A DNA stretch of 64,000 nucleotides from Antedon mediterranea (Eukaryota > Animalia > Echinodermata): contig NC_092671.1 of NCBI RefSeq assembly GCF_964355755.1, positions 34,172,304 to 34,236,303 of the forward strand, given 5' to 3'. Each line of letters starts with the position of its first letter. The stretch's first letter is position 1. The position numbers and the translations under genes are program-made. Below are positions 42,801-52,819 of the stretch, in pieces. The notes under the pieces are model-generated. The model ran no database searches and had not been told where the DNA came from. It saw only the letters and a list, made by a program, of their open reading frames with translations.

Positions 42801-45800
42801 TGCCAGTATTTATTTCTCCGTACTTGCATGATTATACTATTATCATTACAATTTTAATTTTACATTGTTCCATCCACACTGTAGATGGACTCCACAGAGT
42901 TTTCAGCCCTCTATATAATTTTGGCTCCTTTGACGTTCCATAGAAACAAAAACATTGAACATGGTAGGCCTACAACTGCTACTGTACTGTAGGCTAGCGA
43001 AATTTGCAAACAGTTTGTGTGCGAGAAAAACGTCTGTACGGTAAAATCATCGATTTAAAAATGTATATGTTACTTATTATGTGATTCTTTTTCATAAAAG
43101 TGCCAATTCTAAGGTGTGGTATTCAGAATAAATGTTGGGAGTTAAAATACAAGGCAGGTGCGAAAGATAAATATTTGTAATCTTAGGTCTTGGGTCTTAG
43201 CTTTCGTGATCTTAGGTCTTAGGGGGTCTTAGCTTTTGTGGTCTTAGGTTTTGTGACACCCTAGAGTTTTCGCATCAGCAGAAGAACACGAAACATAGCC
43301 TAGGACAAAATCATTCAACTGTGACCACTCTTGATCATCGTCGTCATGCAACACGGACGAGCGATAAACTTGTCATCAAAACACGTTCGTGATTTTGCCA
43401 TGAACGGTCTCTTTGGCCATGGGCAGATCATGCCGGGAACCAGTACAGATATTGCGCCCTCTCTGGCGTGGCCTTGTTTCTGCCTGCCGTCATTTTAGAG
43501 AAAACTGGATTTTGGTAAATGGTAGTTTAAGTCCGTAGTATTTTTCAGTAAAAAAGGTAGTACAAGTGCCTCATGTCTTGAAGTGGCTGCTGCACCCCCC
43601 CCCCCCCCCCGTTTGGTTTATATACAAGTGACCCCCCCCCCCCGGGACGCGATTTTTTTTTCGTACATAAGTTGGGGACCCCCTCATGAAACGTCACAAA
43701 ATATACATGAATAATTCATCAGTTAAATTTTCTTGTTCCGTGTGCACCCAAGCGTATAGCAACAAGAAGTGATTACACGGTACGATTCTAGGCCTATCTC
43801 CGCTGTCGAAGAATAGCGTCGTTTTGTTTGGATTGTCGAAATAATCGGCCTTTAGTTTATGGTGTTTTTAATATAATTTATTACTAAAGAATTACGTGTT
43901 AACATTATAGTTTCTATTAATACTATTAGGCCTAATTATTAGTCTCTAAACCCATGTCTATTCTAGTAGTAGCTGTGTGGATGTGTGTGACGTGTGTGTG
44001 TGTTAGGTATGGCCAAAGATAGTTATACTATCTTTGGTAATAGTTACACTATCTTTGGTATGACACAATCCGAGTAATAAGTCAGCAAAATTAAACAATA
44101 AACATTACACAAAAATACATTTTTTATTCTCGTGGGTCAAATCTTCCCATCTCATGTGTTCATACACGCGCATTTTTAAAGTTCCTTTGAGTACATTGCA
44201 TATTGTTTGATAATTGATAGCAGAATTAAAAAAATACAGTACACAAATACACATTCTTATTCTTGTGGGTCTAAGCTTTCTTTGTCCAAGAACGCTTGGG
44301 TGCACACGGAACAACAACTGCGATACGATTCTTTCTACAATAATAGGCCTAGATTCTAGGTCAATTCACGTGATTGCCTTCGCGCACTCTTCTTCACACA
44401 CACGTCCACTATGCAAAATGTGTCGAGGCTAATCGACAGCTAGGCAAAACATTAAACTAAGTAGTAATTGGACATAGCCCAAAGAAAGCTTAGACCCACA
44501 ATAATAAAGAATGTGTATAATTTGTGTACTGTAATTTTTTAATTCTGCTTTTATTATCAAACAATATGCATTACTCAAAGGAACTTTAAAAATTCGCGTA
44601 TATATGAACACATGAGATGGGAAGATTAGACCCACGAGAATAAAAAATGTATTTTTGTGTAATGTTTATTGTTTAATTTTGATACCTAACACACAAGTCA
44701 CACACACCCACACAGCTACTACTAGAATATACAGGGGTTTAGAGACTAGTAATTAGGCCTAATAGTATCAATAGAAACTATAATTTTAACACGTAATTCT
44801 TTAGTAATAAACTATATTAAAAACACCATAAACTAAAGGCTGATTATTTCGACAATCCACACAAAACTCCGCTATTATATTATGAAATCGCACGCGGCAA
44901 CCACAGCGGAGATAGGCCTAGAATCGTACCGCACTTGTGTAATCACTTCTTGTTGCTATACGCTTGGGTGCACACGGAACAAGAAAATTTAACTGATGAA
45001 TTATTCATGTTTATTTTGTGACGTTTCATGATGGGGTCCCCAACTTATGTACGAAAAAAAAAATCGCCCCCGGGACGCACTTCCTCTTTTATAGGACTAG
45101 GTAGCAACATTCCTTTATAATGTTGATCATTTTTTAGGTTACTTAATTGCTTGCCATTGTTTCTACAACCAATAGAAATAGTAATGCTGACAAGGGACAT
45201 CCCTGTCATATACCACATTTCATTTCAAAATTATCAGATACCCATCCATTGTTAACATTCTGTTTTGCTATACTGTACATTGTTTTTTACCCATTTACAA
45301 AAGGACTGTCCAAAATTAAATTTTTCCAACAAATTAAACTTGAACCCTCTACTTACAGAATCAAATGCTTTTCTAAAATCAAGTGACAAAAAAGCACCTT
45401 CAACATCTTCTTCAACAGTATAGTATAGGAGATCATGATGTTTTCTCCAGCAAAACGACCTTTGATATAGCCATTTTGGTCACTTTTTACAACAGGATTT
45501 AATTACGTTATGTAATCTATTACTAAGGAGGTGTGTTAATATTTTATAAACTGTGGTGAGCAGAGTAATAGGACTCCAATTTTGTAGTAGATTTTTATCC
45601 CCTTTCAAATTAATAACATCAAGTCATTGCGTATTGTACACTTCGCTATTTAAATAGCATTCATTAAAATCAATACATTACATATTAAATATTTGAGCTC
45701 TTCCCAAAAATTTAATATTTGTAAACCATCATACCCTGGGGCTTTATTCAATTTCATATGCTTTAATGCTTCACTGCTTCTTGTACTGTGGTTAAGCCTT

Positions 45801-47846
45801 CACAACTTGTTTTTTCTTCATTTTGTTAAACTATTTACATTTGAACGATCTAGAGTAACTTATATTTGCTTCGGAGATTCCTTTATTAGCATATAGTTTC
45901 TTAAAGAACCTCATTTCTTCACATATCATTTCCTTTGGTTTTTTCAATAAAAAATAAATAAAATATTTTTTATATGCTTTTTTTCTCTAAACCTAAGAAG
46001 TATTTTGTGCTACGCTCACCCTCCTCTATCCATTTGTAACCCTTGATCGTATATAAGCACCTTTCGTTTCTTTACTCTAAATATTTTCCAATTCCTTTGT
46101 TTTAGGTCTATTTCTGTCTCAATTTCTTCAATATCAATACTCGAATTGTTAATTAATTCCTCATTCAGTGTTTTAATACAATTTTGTAATATTTCTTTAT
46201 CATAAATTGTTTTGCTCCGTTTACCCTGGCCTATTTACGGACAGGTCGAAGATTGTAGATAACATTCTTTCTATGCAACGGCCTTTATACAAATCTTTTG
46301 TAGGATGTGTGGAAGTTTATTTCTATTTTTTAAATATTAAAAATAAGTAATAAAGAACAAATACACCATAACTATTATAAAAAACATATCTCATAGTTTG
46401 TTTATATCGTAAATGCCTGGACACTGAGCGTAAACAAACGCGATCTTTTTTCTTTGTAATTTAACACAATGAAAGCATTATCTGTTTAGGAATAAAAAAA
46501 AAAGAGCAAAAGTGTCAACCGATTATGTATTTTACGAAGTTTGATAAATTATTATAATATTTTGAATTATTGGATTAAACTACATCCCATTATTCATTAT
46601 TTTTTTAATATATTTTTGTTGTTATCTTCAAGATGGAAAGATGTATTGGTGTGATGAAATAACTAATATCATTCAAGAAGCTAACCTTGATGGAACCAAC
46701 AGAACAACAATTGCTGATCTGGCCGGACATATCTGCATTGATATTGAAATATATGGCCCTTATATCTACTGGACAAAAGCGCCGACTTATGACATATATC
46801 GAGTTGATAGAAGAACTGGAAATCAATCATTGGAGAGCAGTATTACTCGATTTCAATATCCATATTCAAGCTTATATATAGGCCCATTCACAGGTAGGTT
46901 TAACCATGGACTAAGACTATTCTTTTCGTGGTCTAACAATTTAGATTATAATCATGAACCTAAGGATATAATATCGTAGCTTTTGATTTGTGACGATTGA
47001 ACTACGTGTGGGACGCATTTCCTCGTGTGGCACGCCAGGACGAACATAACTATGTCAAGTTGAACTCGCTCGTGTTATGGAGACATCGCTCGAGTTGAGT
47101 TTACACATCGCTCGTGTTATGGAGACATCGCTTGAGATGAGTTTACACATCGCTCGTGTTATGGAGACATTGCTCGAGTTTAGTTTACACATCGCTCGTG
47201 TTATGGAGACATTGCTCGTGTTGAGTTTACACATCGCTCGTGTTATGGAGACATCGCTCGTGTTATGGAGACATCGCTCGTGTTGAGTTTACACATCGCT
47301 CGTGTTATGGAGACATCGCAAATACGCGCGATGTGTAAAAACTCAACTCGAGCGATGTCTCCATAACACGAGCGATGTGTAAAAACTCAACTCGAGCGAT
47401 GTCTCCATAACACGAGCGATGTGTAAACTCAACTCGCGCAATGTATCCATAACACGAGAGCGATATCTACATAACACGAGCGAGGTCAAGTTGACATAGT
47501 TATGTCCGTCATGGCGTTCCATATCCTGCTCCTCACCTCGACACACGTTTGTTTCAATAGTTTCTAGGTCCAGTCTAGACGACGACCGACGAGGAAGACA
47601 CATCGATTGACCTGACCTAGGTTAGTCGGTGGTAGGTCGTGAACATAAAGTTCCCATTATTCATTTTAGACACAAGTCTAACATCTTATTTTTACTAAAT
47701 ATACCATTAGTAATTTCTTTATTACAGATGATATTCAAGATGATTGCGGTGTATGCTTGAATGGTGGTACTTGTGTTACTACAGATAATACAAGCGTCTG
47801 CAAATGCTCCAATGGGTACATGGGCCCAACATGTAGCCATAAAAAA
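21600..47846 (+). CDS. YWTD beta-propeller + EGF protein with signal peptide, copy B; exons 21600-21660, 22262-22513, 36855-37017, 37321-37448, 46633-46893, 47728-~47846
   Basis: Same exon sizes as copy A (61, 252, 163, 128, 261 nt), GT-AG sites intact, frame open through the EGF. The A-run after the EGF is 6 nt versus 7 in copy A. Confidence 0.85.
24130..27520 (-). pseudogene. LINE ORF2: APE endonuclease - reverse transcriptase - CCHC knuckle, broken by frameshifts/stops
   Basis: LSETW, IAGDLNGRTG, SDHMP, FIDLKRAFD, QGSPLSSLLFNIF, YADD, CKLC...EDEFHFMLVC (ORFs 26951-27322, 24735-26960, 23983-24492). Confidence 0.9.
27599..28509 (-). pseudogene. LINE ORF1 (coiled coil + L1-type RNA-binding domain) with premature stop at 27857
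   Basis: SRRNNLIFYGL, ERAHRL, PRPIILKF; the frame continues past TAA into ISVSEDFT..VRNIRKKL...FDKAYIDG. Confidence 0.8.
29265..29752. mobile_element. MITE inserted in the right arm of the Academ-like element
   Basis: ~45-bp TIR atagggaggtttcgcaaccttacgaatacgataacgaaaacggatac; absent from the left arm (~23275). Confidence 0.8.
31150..31920. repeat. 102-bp subterminal tandem array of the EnSpm-type element
   Basis: gagaaatgttttacttaaaataag recurs at 31185, 31287, 31389 and onward. Confidence 0.9.
35062..35374 (+). pseudogene. Relic last exon of the EnSpm-type element's accessory gene
   Basis: EALVTLLSTFYLLDFDYPK*KEVGLTIL*QLV with 3 in-frame stops; resembles accessory ORFs of animal EnSpm elements (from memory, unverified). 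Confidence 0.45.
35530..36480. repeat. 63-bp subterminal tandem array (~15 copies) of the EnSpm-type element
   Basis: Unit ttgcttgaaacaagaattcaaaaaatacaaatcggaatattcttacttattttaagaaaaata. Confidence 0.95.
37650..40225 (-). mobile_element. 5'-truncated CR1/L2-group LINE inserted in the hAT MITE of arm B
   Basis: ORF 39102-40094: NYRPISILP, FIDLSKAFDT, GVPQGSILGPLLFILYIND, FADDT; C-terminus at 37853-38179; AATAAA tail; absent from arm A. Confidence 0.9.
38355..38909 (-). mobile_element. Probable solo LTR (555 bp) inside the LINE
   Basis: 5-bp TSD GTCTT (38350-38354 / 38910-38914); minus strand starts TGTAAAG and ends GAATA; removal restores LINE peptide LYKVRHFLP. Confidence 0.7.
42181..43260. 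mobile_element. Mutator-like MITE, arm B only
   Basis: ~85-bp TIRs built of taagacc units; flanks cttgagttt / ctagagttt (9-bp TSD, 1 mismatch); single copy at the empty site in arm A (~5890). Confidence 0.7.
43646..45070. mobile_element. Foldback/MITE, copy 2 (same family as 16393-17602, opposite orientation)
   Basis: Same termini; cccggg on both flanks; empty site in arm A at ~5560. Confidence 0.85.
47065..47480. repeat. 39-bp minisatellite, arm-B copy
   Basis: Counterpart of 1960-2267 with different copy number. Confidence 0.9.
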
Positions 47847-48580
47847 GTATACTTAAACAAATATTAATCTATTCAGTGTGCCTAAATTATTGTTAATTCG
47901 TCCCCATTCTTTTAAAACGCCGTATCACGACAGAACATAATTTTAAAGAACACAAAGTAAAATTACTTCATGCATGTATTTTGCATTTTTTGCTTGCAAA
48001 ATGTATTGACAAAACACAGTGTAAAATATGAAATAAAGTGTAAAATTAATTTAAATTTTCATTTGCCAAGGATGAACCAAACGCGAATTCATTCACTATC
48101 CTTCTTAAAGTTGGCAATCCCGTTCACAACAAGACAAACATACATAAGATGCTCTACATAAACAATGTCTTATTACAAGTTTTGGAGTGGAGTTGTAAAT
48201 GGTCATTAGAAATTAGAAAAACTACTGACATACGACAGGCACCCAGTACCCTTGGATTGGTAGCCAAGCATCATAACCACCAAGCCACAACTCCAAGATA
48301 CAGTTCCTAAAATATTATTTTTTCTTTCAGTTGATGTATACTGTGCGTGTTCGCCATAACTCGTTCATCATTTTAAAAAAGCACATGGTTGACCTACTGA
48401 GAAAATGTTTACATATCCTTTCGTAATTGGTTTTTATTAATTGTATTAGTCATGGTTGCTGATTATGATACGTAACCTAATGTCATAATTCGGAACCTGT
48501 TTATATTTGGTTTTAACCTGTTTATATTTGGTTTTAACCGGTTTATATTTCGTTTTAACCTGTCTATATTTGGTTTTAAC

Positions 48581-49500
48581 ACTGGTCCCGTTTACTCAGC
48601 CCTCATCTTTTAAAGCTGAGTGTAACTCAATTACGATTTTTAATATTATAGTGAAAATTGGTACTGTATTTGTGAGAAAACGGCGGATTGCTCCTGGGAG
48701 TTACTTGTTGTTGTAGAATAATATTCCTTAATCCACCATGCTTGGTGGGATTATACTAGGGTACCTCCTTAGTCCAGTATAAGTTAGAGTGGAACTGCTG
48801 GTCCCATTTACACAGCATTTATCTTTTAAATCTGAGTGTAACTCAATGACGATTTTTTATATATAGTGGAATTTTATACTGTATTTTTAAGAAAACGGCG
48901 GATAATTGCTCCTGGGTGTCACTTGTTGCGATTATACTAGGGTACCTCCTTATTCGTCCAGTAAAAGTTAGAGTATGACCACTGGTCCCGTTTACTCAGC
49001 CCTCATCTTTTAAATCTGAGTGTAACTCAATTACGATTTATTAATATTATAGTAAAATTCGGTACTGTATTTGTGATAAAACGGCGGATTGCTCCTGGTA
49101 GTCACTTAGTGGGATTATACCGGGGTACCTCCTTAGTCGTCCAGATGTAGAGTAGGACCACTAGTCCCGTTTACTCAGCATTTATCTTTTAGATGAATAT
49201 GACTTGGACAAGTATACCAAAATGACTATAGTTGAGAACAGTGTTAAACGGGATCGTACATTTTTGTTGTATATTGTTAAGTTTATCCTATTCTTTATCA
49301 CTGTGCTCAAGTATATAAAAATGACTATAGTTGAGAACAGTGTTAAACGGGATCGTACATTAATTTTATTTGTTGTATATTGTTAAGTTTATCCTTTTCT
49401 TTATCAATGTTCTCAAGTATACCAAAATGACTATAGTTGAGAACAGTGTTAAACTACATCGTACATTAATGTTATTTGTTATATTGTTAAGTGTATTCTT
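48581..49500. repeat. Two degenerate tandem arrays (~200-bp unit 48581-49190; ~110-bp unit 49205-49500)
   Basis: ctggtccc(g/a)tttac-like at 48582, 48797, 48982, 49161; aaaatgactatagttgagaacagtgttaaac three times. Confidence 0.85.
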
Positions 49501-51060
49501 TATTCTTAATAATTGTACTAAATTATTAAGAAAGAAACAGTACTGAACTGAACTGAACTGAACTTTTATTGTATCTCTTTTAAATCAGAGGCACAGTCTC
49601 AATGAGATGTGCAACAAGTTTACAGTGAAAAATAATACATACACACTTAAATATAAATACAAAACAAGAAATTAGACATAAGAACAAAATAACAAAAAAA
49701 AATTTAAGAAAACTGAGACAGATTAAATACTAAGAAAATGAATAAATTAAGTTTGAGAAGGAATTGTATTATATATATCATTTCGTGTGTTCCAAGCCAT
49801 GGTCAGAAAAATTTTACAATGTTTGTCGAAAATAATACTTGCTAATTCGTGTACATCATGAGTCAATTGATTTGGTGTAATTTTAAATTCATTATGGATT
49901 TCAAGATCATCGAAGAATAAGTGGTATTTAAGATCTAGAGAGCTAGTAGTAAGCATAACATTTCCCCACTCCTACATTAGCATGGTAGGATATTGTAATG
50001 GTCGCAGGTGGCTCAACTTTATTTATTACTGCAATGGGATGGACATGGTCCTACTACCACCTTACCATCCAATAGGATTCCAGTAAATTTCCTGTAGGGC
50101 CTACTACCATGCCAATCAGGATTCAGTAATTAAATGAATGAACCCCTTAAGTTAACAAGGAAATCAGCCTATCCGAATATACCAGTAGACTTCGTCGTAC
50201 AGTCGTACTGTGGTAATAGTTGAGAATTCTCAATAGTCAATTTGGTATATTTTATATACCTGACAGGACTGGACACAGAGTGGTTTCAGTCACGTGGTTT
50301 TAAAATACTATACTGCCCTCAACGTTTATATTTAGTTAGACTGTACGCCGATTTGTCCTTACGCCAATTGTTGTCCTTTGGGCAATTTTGTCCTTTGGGC
50401 AATTTTTGTCCTTACGCCAATTTGTGTACTTACGCCAATTTAACCATACGGCAATTTGTTCATACAGTATATGGCAATGTGTTTGTGTGTCCGTACGGCA
50501 ATATTTGTTTGTCACTCGAGGAATTATGTCTTTAACGCCATTAGTTTGCCTTACGGGAGCGGAATTGTTTGTACGGCAACGTTTGTCTATTTTGGCCCTA
50601 ATGGCCGCCCATAAATTCCCGAGTTGCCTATCTACAACTCAGGTTTTTCTCTTAAGCTGACTGAACCAGCATGCGAATTTCATATAACTTTATTAATTTG
50701 AATTTTTAAATAATTGTAAAATAAATTCAATAAATTATTATTTAATATTTTCTTTTTAAATCATAAAAAATCAAGGGTTTTTGACTAATGACACTATTGC
50801 AAAAATAATAAGAACCAATGTTAATATTTATCACAATGTATAATACATTTTAGAAATTAACAGAACATAATTCCTCTAAGAAAATAATATCAAACATTTA
50901 AATATTAAGATGATAATTTAGAGACAATGCCTAATTGTCAATAAACAAAATAGCAAGAAATAAAATAAAAAAGACTAATATCAATATAAATGTAGTGAAT
51001 TTATTTTAGTTGGTTCCGAGCTTTCTCATGCGTATACATATAACTCCACGCGACGTACAC

Positions 51061-51397
51061 TGTCACTGAATGATAACTCATACAAAAAGTATATTTAACT
51101 CAACTAGAACTGTTATTCCTTGTAACTCGTTTAATACATCTTTCTACCACTACCAGTCAAGCCTTAATATTTTCTTTATCATCTTTCCGTTTATCTACTT
51201 TGATCTTATTCTCTCTTCTCCCCCTAATATCTATTACATTCCACTTTTATACTGGACATGCAAATTTTAGGCTTCAGAGGAGGACAACATTTTCCCTCCA
51301 AAATTTATACGATTTTGATTGGCTAATAATATAAGGCGGACCTGGTCTAAAGCATCCTTATCTAATCACAGAGAATCACAACATCAATAATATGACA
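51061..51397 (-). mobile_element. Putative 3' LTR of the gypsy (Gmr1-like) retrotransposon
   Basis: Minus strand: polypurine tract AAAAAGGGGAA immediately followed by TGTCA (51397) ... TGACA (51061), ~100 bp after the pol stop. The distal boundary is inferred. Confidence 0.6.
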
Positions 51398-51498
51398 TTC
51401 CCCTTTTTGGGAAAAAGATTGTGTCAATCTTTCCAAAAATTTAACATTTAAAACCATTTTACTATAAACTATCTACAAATAACACCTCTATAATATTA

Positions 51499-51628
51499 TT
51501 ATGCACGGCTTAATCCATCTGCATTTCCATTTAATGATCCTTTCTTGTAAATAACTTTAAATTTATATCCTTGTAAAAACAGAGCCCATCTCATAAGTCT
51601 AACATTGGCACCCTTCATTGAGTCCATC
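51499..51628 (-). pseudogene. C-terminal part of gypsy RNase H, separated from the rest by the Polinton-like insertion
   Basis: (M)DSMKGANVRLMRWALFLQGYKFKVIYKKGSLNGNADGLSRA*; in frame with 63665-64000 after removing the insert and one TSD. Confidence 0.93.
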
Positions 51629-51685
51629 AGTAGAAAGAAAGGTACTTCAGACCCGACCTTGGTGTATTTCCTGATTACGTAATAT

Positions 51686-51940
51686 CCGCCAGGTGTTTCT
51701 AATGAAGGTCGTTCATTTCCTGTTATTGTATTAGTTATGTAACTTCCGCCAGGTGTTTCTAATGAAGGTCGTTCTTTTCCTGTTATTGTATTAGTTATGT
51801 AACTTCCGTCAGGTGTTTCTAATGAAGGTCGTTCTTTTCCTGGTTTCGTACTAGTTATGTAATTTCCGCCAGGTGTTTCTAATGAAGGTTATTCTTTTCC
51901 TGTTATTGTAATAGTTATGTAATTTCCGCCAGGTGTTTCT
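51686..51940. repeat. Subterminal 60-bp tandem repeat, ~4.25 copies (left)
   Basis: ccg(c/t)caggtgtttct at 51686, 51746, 51806, 51866, 51926. Confidence 0.95.
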
Positions 51941-51959
51941 TTGTCTCATATTTATTAAT

Positions 51960-51997
51960 TTTTGGCGCGAGGTTCTGGTACGTGGTGAGTGACGTCA
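51960..51997 (+). promoter_or_regulatory. Candidate promoter: E2F-like TTTGGCGCG and perfect CRE/ATF TGACGTCA upstream of the first ORF
   Basis: Motifs at 51961-51969 and 51990-51997, ~110-150 bp before ATG 52110; mirrored at ~63296-63332. Confidence 0.45.
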
Positions 51998-52109
51998 TTA
52001 CTTTATTTACGATTTAAGATGGTGTAACAAAGTGAATCGGTTATTGTTGTACTATTTTCCAGTTGTTTTGCCTATTTTTGCGTAGAGTATCTCTTTACAG
52101 TATTTCATT

Positions 52110-52664
52110 ATGTCTGGAAGTATATATTTTTCGCAAGAGAGTTGTGTAGATACTGTTATAATAATTAGCGATGATGAGGATACTGTTGTTGTTCCAGGCA
52201 GTGATATAGATGATCGTTACACGGCGGCCGAAGAGGTTATCCCCGTCGGTATAGATGAAGGAGTCAAGAGGAGTAACAGGCCTACAAGTTGTATATTTAC
52301 GTACGTGGACGAGGTGGAGAGAGAATTTTTGTTGAAAATGGAGCGTTTGGTTAAACAATTGTTTGCTGCTCAAGTGTTAGCCAAGTGTTGGGTTTTAAGT
52401 AAAGCGGCTTGTTATGGTTGTGAATTTGACAGGAGCAGTCAAAAAGATCATGATTTCTGTTGTATGAAGTCTCTAGAAGAACAGATTGACTATTTTTATC
52501 GGGAGGTTCTGGATAAGAAGTATGTTTCAGTCGATACCGTTTACAACAAACTAAATATGCACGGAGAATATTCATTGCCTCGGTATAGACATTTCGTTTA
52601 TTTTCTTGTCAATACCCTGATTAATTCAGAGACTATTTTTAAGCTGTTGTGCGAGGACATTTAA
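52110..52664 (+). CDS. 184-aa intronless protein: acidic N-terminus + CxxC-x9-H-x2-CC putative zinc-binding motif (left copy)
   Basis: Open ATG-TAA frame conserved in both arms; motif CYGCEFDRSSQKDHDFCC. Confidence 0.75.
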   Translation: MSGSIYFSQESCVDTVIIISDDEDTVVVPGSDIDDRYTAAEEVIPVGIDEGVKRSNRPTSCIFTYVDEVEREFLLKMERLVKQLFAAQVLAKCWVLSKAACYGCEFDRSSQKDHDFCCMKSLEEQIDYFYREVLDKKYVSVDTVYNKLNMHGEYSLPRYRHFVYFLVNTLINSETIFKLLCEDI

Positions 52665-52819
52665 ATTGTGTTTCGCACGTGTCACGGAAACGATTGACCG
52701 GAAATAACAATCATTATCTTTTTAATTACTGTACTGGGCTACTTCCATACTGAGCTGCATATCCTGTTTCAAGCGTAATCGTTCGTTTCACTCTCTGTAA
52801 ATCTCTACAGTCTATAAAC

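Larger units (their letters stand above)
19232..48580. repeat. Arm B of the inverted segmental duplication, expanded by transposon insertions
   Basis: Colinear reverse complement of 767-12763 once the inserts are removed. Confidence 0.95.

Noticed and set aside
48331-48358. Possible seventh exon of the YWTD-EGF gene (ctttcag|TTGATGTATACTGTGCG...)
   Set aside because: Good acceptor, but the upstream donor (gtatac) is weak and the phase differs between copies; cannot be supported without transcripts.
50340-50600. Short repeated ttacgccaatt/ttgtcc motifs suggesting a transposon end
   Set aside because: No matching opposite terminus or TSD found in the window.
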